DNA of 63,940 nt, the filler included, from Klebsormidium nitens (Eukaryota; Plantae; Klebsormidiophyceae), in assembly GCA_000708835.1 (NCBI GenBank). It is 7 parts of 7 records of this genome, joined end to end, with 100 filler letters (N's around TTAATTAATTAA, not from the genome) between each part and the next. Parts side by side here need not be neighbours in the genome. Positions count along the whole stretch, not along the records: positions 51,170 to 57,737 come from DF238399.1; positions 57,838 to 62,316 come from DF238498.1; positions 62,417 to 63,940 come from DF238484.1; 4 more parts are not named here. One strand, given 5' to 3'. Within the stretch, counting starts at the first letter, position 1; the number at the start of each line of letters is the position of its first letter. The position numbers and the translations under genes are program-made. Below, piece after piece: positions 56,493-63,940 of the stretch. Under the pieces are notes generated by a model. That model did not search any database. It had not been told where the DNA came from and saw only the letters and a program-made list of their open reading frames with translations.

Positions 56493-56981
56493 CTAGTATA
56501 GACAATAAAATCCGGACATGCTTGGCAGGCACAGCATCCTGCGCGGTGTGAATAGCGTTGCATCCTTGTCCAGGAAGTTTGCGGTTGCTCGCTTCTTAGG
56601 GTCTGCCTTTTCGACCTTGAAAGCTTTTTTCACCTCTGCAACGCTCGTCTTGATGGCTGCTTTTGCCACCTGCTTTACAATCGGTTTCGCTTTTCTGGCT
56701 TCCCCTTCTGGGACAACCGGAGCGGCAGGCAGAGAGCTCCGTTCTTTTGGTGGCTTGCGTGTGTCTGGCTCTGTTGTCAATGGCCGCACTTCATCACCGG
56801 GCTCTTGATCGTCTTCGCCATCGTCCTCTCCATCATCTGCATCATCGTAATCGTCGTCCATGTCATCTGCATCTTGGAAAGCTTCTCGCCTGTGTGCCGT
56901 ACAGAGGAGAAGCATGCAGAACGAAAGCAGGCCGATTAGTACCAACCACTGCGTGTCCATGACATGATCACAGAAATTCAT
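56493..56981 (-). CDS. Small N-terminally anchored membrane protein with an acidic tract (giant-virus-type hypothetical)
   Basis: Hydrophobic WLVLIGLLSFCMLLLC followed by REAF and a D/E-rich run. Start overlaps the stop of the upstream ORF. Confidence 0.55.
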   Translation of the reverse strand: MNFCDHVMDTQWLVLIGLLSFCMLLLCTAHRREAFQDADDMDDDYDDADDGEDDGEDDQEPGDEVRPLTTEPDTRKPPKERSSLPAAPVVPEGEARKAKPIVKQVAKAAIKTSVAEVKKAFKVEKADPKKRATANFLDKDATLFTPRRMLCLPSMSGFYCLY

Positions 56982-57481
56982 TGCGCATACGCATTCTTGT
57001 GTGTGATTGCCAGTACCATCATGATCTTGTCATAGCTTGAATTGATAGACCCATCTTCAGCTTGGAAATCGCTCTGCGTGACCATGTCACCATCATATCG
57101 TTTGAATCGGATGCGCAGATTGTTGAGACGTGCTAGCAGTGGGTCAAACACTGTTTCTCCAGTGATGCAATCCCCACTGAGTGCATTGAGCTGGAGATAG
57201 TCCGTGTTGCTGTACATGCATACAGCAAATGCATTTGATTCGCCATCTCCGAAGCATTGCACGATGCGATCCAGCGGGTCAATGCTGATGATAATGTAAT
57301 CTTCGGATAACATCTTGGCCACTTGCATCTGCACAAGCCTGACTGCCGATACCTGTTGGAATGGAGTCGAAGCATTTGCAAGCGAGACATTGAAGTCGAA
57401 TGGAGAGGAGTCAGAGGGGGCACGCTTGCGGTTGTCAATCAGAACGTATGTACAAATAGAATTTGCCTGCGGGTCCCGCAT
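56978..57481 (-). CDS. Putative NCLDV penton/minor capsid (single jelly-roll-like) protein
   Basis: Pattern IDNRKR...PFDFNV.L...VSAVRL...YIIISID...AFAV...FDPLLARLNNLRIRFKRYDG resembles IDSRDR-type NCLDV penton-like families; recognised by eye only. Confidence 0.6.
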   Translation of the reverse strand: MRDPQANSICTYVLIDNRKRAPSDSSPFDFNVSLANASTPFQQVSAVRLVQMQVAKMLSEDYIIISIDPLDRIVQCFGDGESNAFAVCMYSNTDYLQLNALSGDCITGETVFDPLLARLNNLRIRFKRYDGDMVTQSDFQAEDGSINSSYDKIMMVLAITHKNAYAQ

Positions 57482-57516
57482 GGGTTTCTGTATGTATGTG
57501 TGACAATTGTTTGCTC

Positions 57517-57735
57517 CTAACCCAACAGAGAGGCAGCTACAAATTGCTCAAAGGCCGTCTGACCAGTCCGCAGCGAACGAGTAATTGTCCCCCTGCCCCC
57601 ACAGCGGACGGGGCAGCCCGCCTCCATGAAGTTGTCCTTGTGGGTGACGGTATAGCAGACCGAGCAGGCTGCATGCGCGCAGCTGGTGCTGAGGCTCGAC
57701 AGCTGGTCCAGCTCCTCTGCACCGCAGAGATGGCA
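57517..57735 (-). CDS. RING-finger protein, 5'-partial (absent from the ORF track)
   Basis: Manual translation: CHLC-x14-CAHAACSVC-x12-CPVRC...LLG*, a C3HC4-like spacing. Confidence 0.55.
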   Translation of the reverse strand, partial: CHLCGAEELDQLSSLSTSCAHAACSVCYTVTHKDNFMEAGCPVRCGGRGTITRSLRTGQTAFEQFVAASLLG

Positions 57736-57839
57736 CGNNNNNNNNNNNNNNNNNNNNNNNNNNNNNNNNNNNNNNNNNNNNTTAATTAATTAANNNNNNN
57801 NNNNNNNNNNNNNNNNNNNNNNNNNNNNNNNNNNNNNAC

Positions 57840-57949
57840 TGTGACGGTACGGAGGTCCGAGTGCTCTACCGTCGAGCTACGACCCAAAGTGTATCACCTT
57901 TTTGGGTCGTAGCTCGACGGTAGAGCACTCGGACCTCCGTACCGTTACA
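57840..57949. repeat. 110-bp fold-back: 49-bp arms (1 mismatch) and a 12-nt loop
   Basis: TGTGACGGTACGGAGG...GACCCAAA / TTTGGGTC...CCGTACCGTTACA. Confidence 0.9.
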
Positions 57950-59806
57950 ATCATGATCTCCCGGGACATCATCTTTGACGAGGGCTAATGGGACAACGGG
58001 ATTGTTGAGCTGAGCTCCGAACACCGCGCCTGCGCCCCCGCACACGTGCACGCGCCGACGAAGGACCGCTTCTGCGTTGCACGCACGATTTCCAAAACCG
58101 ATCAAAGTGGGCAAGTTTTGGAGACGGTGCGAGAGAGCAGAGCAGAGCGGGAAGAGATTGCGGAGGACATACGGATGCCAACACCGGCTGCTCAGAGGTA
58201 TCCGGCGCGTGAGAGACGCACGCCAGGGAAGTGGTACCGCGCCAACTTGGCGGCGGATACGAAAGCGGGGGAGCACCTCAAAGGAACGGGAGAGCACTGT
58301 CAAAAACCGCAGAGTTACAGGAAGCCGTAGGGGAGAAGGGAGTGACCTCGGGCGGAAGTCCATGGCCGAGGAGATGCGTTCCCTACTGGAAAAGGGAACG
58401 TGGAAAGTCGTCCAAAAAACTTGAGGGGGTCAAGCCGGTTCCCATGAAGTGGGTTTACAAGATCAAGCGGGACGCGCTCACGGAAACGTGATGCGGTACA
58501 AGTCCCGGCTGGTGGCGAAGGGCTACGTGCAGAAGCAGAGGATTGACTTCGACGAGGTCACGCCCCGGTGAGCACACACGACGTTGCATGTTCTGCTGGT
58601 GGTGGTTGCGAAGCACGACTTTGAGCTGCATCAGCTGGACGTCAAGACGGCATTCCTTAACGGGGAGGGGACGGGGAGCTGGAGGAGGAAAATTACATAC
58701 AGCAGCCGCAGGGATACGAGCAATGTGGGCCGGAGATGGTCTGCCACCTCAAGCGCACCTTGTACAAGCTGCGCCAGGGCCGCGTGCGTGGCACATGCGC
58801 CTGAAGGAGGAGCTCGTGGCGTTCATGGCGCACGCAGCGCTTTTCACGAGGATTGTAGCCGGGGAGCAGGTCTACCTCGTGGTGTTAGTGAACGACATCC
58901 TCGTGGCGGCTCGTGGAGCGGAGCGAATTGCGAAGGTGAAGGCGCACTTGGCAGAGAAGTTCGACATGCGCGATCGGGGGGCGGCGACGTACTCCCTCGG
59001 AATGGAGCTGACATGCGACAGGAAGGCGCGCATGCACCCAGAAGCTGACGTAGAAGAGGCTGACGGGAGAGCTATCGGACGTTACGGACAAGCGGAAGCG
59101 CGGGCGGGGGGACAAGTTAACGAAGGAGGGTGAGGGGCTCGACACAAAGCGGTTTCCATACAACGAGTGTGTGAAGCCTGCTGTATTTGAGTGTACGCAC
59201 GAGGCCCGACATCGCACAGTCGGTGGGCGCGCTTGCGCACTACATGGCGGGGCCGACGAAGGCGCACTGGCGGGCGGCGCTTGAAGTTGTGCGCTCCTTG
59301 GCAGAGATGGCAGAGGACGTGGTGACCTTTGGGGGGGAGCGAGGAGAATCTCGTCGGTTATTGTGACAAGGATTGCGTGGGTGACGTGGACGCAAAGCCA
59401 CAACGGGATACGTCTTCGTGATTTACGAGGGGGCGGTGAGCTGGCCGAGCAGGCTGCAGCCGTCGGTGGCAGCCGTGACATGGAAACGGAGTAGTACATG
59501 AGCGCAGCGCAAGCAGTAAAGGAGGCGTTGTAGTTTCGCAAGCTCGGGGGAGATCTCGAGTTGGACCTCGGGACGGTCCAGATCTATTGCGACAATCAAG
59601 GGGCAATTCGGCTCCTGAAGCATCTTATCGCATTGCAGCGATCGAAGCACAATGACGTGATTCATCAGTTTGCACGGGAGCGCATGGCACGCAAGGAGGT
59701 CGCGTTCGCGTACTGCAAGACGGAGGACATGAAGGCGGACAACATGATTGAGGCGCTGGCACCGGGGAAGTTCGAGGAGTGCAAGAGCGAGATATCAATC
59801 GCATAG
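57950..59806 (+). mobile_element. Decayed Ty1/copia pol (integrase tail, RT, RNase H)
   Basis: ISRDIIFDE; EEMRSL..GTW; KWVYKIK; HQLDVKTAFLNG; YCDNQGAI...RSKH; many stops and frameshifts. Confidence 0.9.
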
Positions 59807-59823
59807 CCATAGTGTGTGGGGGG

Positions 59824-59956
59824 TGTTGAGATACGGGCATTTAGGGACCGAATACCTGGGTGATTCTGGAGTTTGAGACACACGACGTCGACGGTGCTTC
59901 GACAGTAACTAGTAGTTACAATTACACAGTTAAATGCGCGCGGGTTACAATCCAAC
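59824..59956 (+). mobile_element. Probable 3' LTR start of the plus-strand copia element
   Basis: G-run PPT immediately before TGTTGAG at 59824; right end uncertain. Confidence 0.45.
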
Positions 59957-60082
59957 CCGAATGACTTGGCGATTACCGTTAATTGTGTAGGCTCGATAAT
60001 AGCCGTCGATATACGGTAAAAAGTGAAACTTCCGGACTTACTAGGTGACAGTTTACTGAACTCCTACTAGGCTAGACTAAAC

Positions 60083-60698
60083 TGTTGAAATCATACACTC
60101 ATGCTTGGAACCAACGAGGGATTAACCACCCTTACACACAAGCGCCTTCACAAAAGGAGCGCCCTAACTCTCACCAAGCATCTCTCAGTATATGTTTTAT
60201 CACATGACAATGGTTCAAGTCAAGTTCAATCCCGTAGCTAGGTCTACTCCAACCAAATCTACCATAATCCTTAGATACGTGGATACTATAATCGACGGCC
60301 TCGCTTCACTCACTCCAACCACCTATTATCGAACGGTCCACACAAATCCGGTTCTTAATCTCTTGCATCTACCTTTTCCAGGTTCCTAATCTGCCAACTA
60401 CTTGGGCTATTTGGGCTTGATCTGCCAAGCGCACAATCCCTTCCATCTTAATCCATCAAGCACTCAACTTCTTTTACCTTAATCTGCCAAGCAATCGGCT
60501 CCTCTTATCTTAATCTATCAAGCACTCAATCCTTTTCAACTTAATCTGCAAAGCCTTCTTCCTTAATTCCCCAAGTCTTCAACTTCTTACATCTTAATCC
60601 GTCAAGCCCTCATTCTCTTTCATCTTAAACTTACAAGTACTTGTTCTCTTTGTCGTTAATGTCCACAATTTGGCCGTCAACCAACCTTAATTTTAACA
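60083..60698 (-). mobile_element. 3' LTR (~616 bp) of the minus-strand copia element
   Basis: TGTT...AACA termini; PPT-like CGTGGGAG abuts 60698 on the minus strand; internal TTAATCTGCCAAGC-like repeats. Confidence 0.6.
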
Positions 60699-60754
60699 CT
60701 CCCACGCGGAGAAATTGTCCCACTCAATCTTAGCCACTTCTACCCGCTCGCTTC

Positions 60755-62316
60755 TTAGCCTTTGGTGTTGTCCATCCCGTCTCGCCCTTCCAAAATTCTT
60801 CCCGGTAGCACACGTGCCCACTCCGGATATCGCTTGCCGCCCGTCTCTGGCGACATCACCTTTCCGCTCTCATCCTTGTCCAACTTCCGGTTGAACCGTG
60901 CTCCCACGCCTTCCGCTGCGCTTGCTCCCACGGCTTCCACTGCCGCTCCCACGGCTCCCATTGCGCCGTGCTTCTCCGTCTTCTTCTCCGTTGGGGACTC
61001 CGTTTCCCCGACGCTCACATCCACCGGTTGGATCTCCTTCACCCCGTCGTCCGATTCGTCGTCCGACTCAGGGTCAACCTCAATGACCTTGACCGGCCTC
61101 ACCTCCGCTTGCTTCTTTTCCACTCTCACTTCCGGCTTTGGTGCCACCTCCCCGAACCGACGCTCCGTTTTGACCGGCCCCTTGACCGCCAAGAACGCTC
61201 TCGCCTTCTTAACCGTTGCAATCTCCCACAATCCACCGCGTTGCACCGCCTCCATGCTCACCACACCTCCCATCTCAAATCGGGCAATCCCCCTTTCAAA
61301 GGAGATCCTTGCGCCCGCGTCCGTTGCTCGCCGCATTGCGAACAAGTTTGCTCTCGCTCCCGGAACGTGCCAAACCTCGTTCAAGGTCACCTTGCCCGCT
61401 CCGTTTGGCGTCTCACACTCCAAGATCACTTTCCCAATCCCCACCGCCGTCAAGGCTTCTCCTCCAAGCCCCTCAATCTTCTCCGCACGCGCAAGCCGCT
61501 CGTAGCTTGCAAAGTGCCTCTTATCCGGCGTAATGTGTTGAGTGCTTCCCGAGTCAACGAGCCACACATCTGCCGGCACCCGCGCCTCTTTGCGCCATGC
61601 CGTAAACGCCACAGCGGCAAACTCCTTCCGGTCCGGGCGGTCCTCGCCGCCGCTCTTTGCACCACCCCGGGGCTTTCTACACACCGAGCTTATGTGGCCC
61701 CTCTCTCCACAATTGAAGCACTCCGCGTTCCGCTTCCGGCAATGAGCCCGGACGTGGCCCTTCTCTCCGCAAGCATAGCACGTCCTCGCGTCGGACCCCG
61801 CTTCACGCCTTACCCCTCCGTTGTAACCGCCCCGCTCACTTGACCCCTTGATAACGGTCTCATACCGTTCCCGCTTGGCAACAAATGCCTTCCCCATACT
61901 TTTCTCCTCCTTCTCCTCCGGAGCTCCTAGCTCCCCGTCCAACTTCAACTTTTGCTCTTTTGCATGAGCTTAGGCTGAATTGTGTCCAACGTCAACTCCT
62001 CCTCACTCAACTCTAGGACCTCCACTAGAGTTGCATACTCCTTCGGCAAACCATTCAAGGCATGGATTGCCAACTCTACCTCGGAAACGGTTTGACCCGC
62101 TGTCTCCAAATCCACCTTAATCTCGCGGAACTCTCCCACATACTCCGCAATGCTCTTCTCCCGGGTCAACGTCAAGCTTGTCAATTTCTTTCTAAGTTGG
62201 ACACCCTTGCGTTGCTTGTCTTCTCAAAGTTCTCCTCAAGCTTCTTCCAAGCTTTGGCAGCCGTGGACTCCCCAATGAACAACTTTACATAGGCATCTTG
62301 AGTGTGGAGGATCATC
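60755..62316 (-). mobile_element. Internally deleted Ty1/copia element: gag, two CCHC knuckles and protease, with no integrase core or RT
   Basis: ALNGLPKEY; CYACGEKGHVRAHC; CFNCGERGHISSVC; WLVDSGSTQH; frameshift near 61945. Confidence 0.88.
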
Positions 62317-62418
62317 NNNNNNNNNNNNNNNNNNNNNNNNNNNNNNNNNNNNNNNNNNNNTTAATTAATTAANNNNNNNNNNNNNNNNNNNNNNNNNNNN
62401 NNNNNNNNNNNNNNNNCC

Positions 62419-62961
62419 GCGCAGGAGTACAATCACGTAGTTAAGGGCATACTAGGCCCGGGAGTGGCCTTTGATGCCGTCGCCGTAGGATCATATGCGC
62501 ACCGCAATCGCCGGTTTTGGACAAACGGCATACCACTTGCCCTATTGGAAAACATGGTGCAACATGCATTTCAAAACCTACCTATCCAAACAGTATGCGA
62601 CATGATTGAAAACCATCATGAAGCACAGCTAGCTGCTCATGCATCGGTGCCAGGCAACTACGCAGTCAACGAAGTAGGCAAACCATTACGAGCTTTTGCC
62701 ACGTTCGTAACAGTCAAAGGTTCACATGCGTATAGAGATAATGGGCACAGCCTGCTTATTAATACAGACACGGGAACCTTAGAAGAACCAACTGCTAATG
62801 AAAGAGAAGCTGCCATGGGATTCATGGTAGGAACAACTGCGCATAAAGCAGTTTCAGAGGCAGAGCGCAGGAGAATGCTCGGAGGCACCATGGATATGTT
62901 TCAAATTAAATTCCTAATAGGAGCAATCATGGTCTTTCAGCACGCCTTCTTCCTAAATTGA
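62419..62961 (+). CDS. DNMT3-like C5 cytosine methyltransferase, C-terminal half, 5'-partial, retrotransposon-associated
   Basis: DAVAVGSYAHRNRRFWTN parallels DNMT3A DAKEVSAAHRARYFWGN. EREAAMGF..GTT...ERRRMLG parallels EMERVFGFP..YT...RQRLLG (motifs VIII-X). Confidence 0.8.
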   Translation, partial: AQEYNHVVKGILGPGVAFDAVAVGSYAHRNRRFWTNGIPLALLENMVQHAFQNLPIQTVCDMIENHHEAQLAAHASVPGNYAVNEVGKPLRAFATFVTVKGSHAYRDNGHSLLINTDTGTLEEPTANEREAAMGFMVGTTAHKAVSEAERRRMLGGTMDMFQIKFLIGAIMVFQHAFFLN

Positions 62962-63559
62962 CGGCGCGCTGAGTCACAACTAGCTAAAATACGAGATCCT
63001 AGTGTGACTCGCCTAGCAATTTTGAGCAACCTGCCAACAACTCACCTCATATCCCCTCACGAATTACATAAATTAGCAGTGATCAATCACAGATCAATTA
63101 TGTCTCACCCCGACTACCGCAGCAGAGTGCATAGCGAACGCCCCGGGTGGTATGTTCCCTATGCAAGGGAGGGGGGAGACCAGATTCACTTTGCCAATTA
63201 TTACCTGAATACAAAAACAAATTCAAAAGATCAAGCAGGCACAACAGTTAGCTTAAACCAGACTAACTCAAACCAAGATAGCCTTGACCATCCCCTCAGC
63301 AGACAAGAAGCCAAACTTCAACTGAGACGCGCAGGAAAAGGCGGAGAACGCTCGCCCGGCGAGCACGGGAATCAAAATAATGATTCCAAGGATCAGCCAT
63401 CGGAACGGCAGATCAGCCGGACATCCAACGCAAGACAGTTCAGGCCCGCAGCCAAGACGCGCTGCCAGCACCTCGGACCAGCCGAAGGAAGCCAATAAGC
63501 AGACATATCCGACGACAGGACCTGCAAAGGACAAAGGTTTGACTGTAAATCCTGCAAAA

Positions 63560-63940
63560 ACAGCAGAACAAGAATGGAGCTGGCCTATGGGAGAATCGCT
63601 GACAGAGACACAGCAGACACAACTAACTGAACTCCTAGACAGTTTTAAGGACATCTTTGCTTTCAATATGCAAGAGATGACTACCATTCCTGGAGTGGAA
63701 TTCGAAATTCCAGTCAGCAACGAGACACCAATATTCAAACATCAGTACCGGTTAGCGCAGTCAGAAAAAGAAGACTTGGCGCAGCAAGTGGCAGAACGAC
63801 TTAAGAATGGCCTCATCAGACCATCAACTTCACAATGGGCCTCCCCCATTACTATGCCACCAAAGAAGGACGAAAACGGAAATTGGACGTAGCGCAGAGC
63901 TTGCGGAAACTACCGTGGCCTTAACCGAGTAAGTGTCACT
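63560..63940 (+). mobile_element. Ty3/gypsy reverse transcriptase N-terminus, decayed, 3'-partial
   Basis: LLDSFKDIF...PIFKHQYRL...LKNGLIRPSTSQWASPI..PPKKD...*RRACGNYRGLN; in-frame TAG at 63890. Confidence 0.88.

Noticed and set aside
44804-57737. Functional link between BTAF1 and the viral block, or between DNMT-gypsy and the copia elements
   Set aside because: They are separated by artificial spacers, so adjacency is not biological evidence.

Overview
Eukaryotic nuclear DNA, not a prokaryotic or pure viral genome. It is most likely from a charophyte (Klebsormidium-like) green alga, inferred from the plant-type BTAF1, plant-specific 24-aa LRRs, GT-AG introns with CTAAC branch points, a TGGTATCAGAG primer-binding site and a DNMT3-bearing gypsy element. 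Six identical 100-nt spacers (44 N + TTAATTAATTAA + 44 N) show that the window is seven concatenated pieces, so adjacency across spacers is meaningless. (1) 1-19590: an apparently intact intron-containing KDZ-type transposase, a ~420-bp hairpin-rich tandem repeat, a MYND-finger gene, several minisatellites, an intronless LRR receptor-like gene and a frameshifted ankyrin gene. (2) 19691-34017: four MITE-like elements, a tRNA-derived SINE head, and a decayed Academ(X)-like XPG/Cys8 gene split by a complete 516-bp TRIM with a 5-bp TSD. (3) 34118-44804: the first 10 exons of BTAF1/MOT1, whose introns carry decayed duplicates of their own splice junctions. (4) 44905-51069: mostly unassigned, with one 2-exon orphan gene. 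(5) 51170-57737: a giant-virus (Nucleocytoviricota)-like gene block. It contains an RNR large subunit with a spliceosomal intron, a BRO-N nuclease, an SF2 helicase, a C2H2+double-HNH endonuclease preceded by an RNR remnant, a membrane protein, a penton-like protein and a RING finger. (6) 57838-62316: two convergent decayed Ty1/copia elements. (7) 62417-63940: a DNMT3-like methyltransferase domain upstream of a Ty3/gypsy RT start. All family assignments come from motif recognition by eye; no database searches were run.
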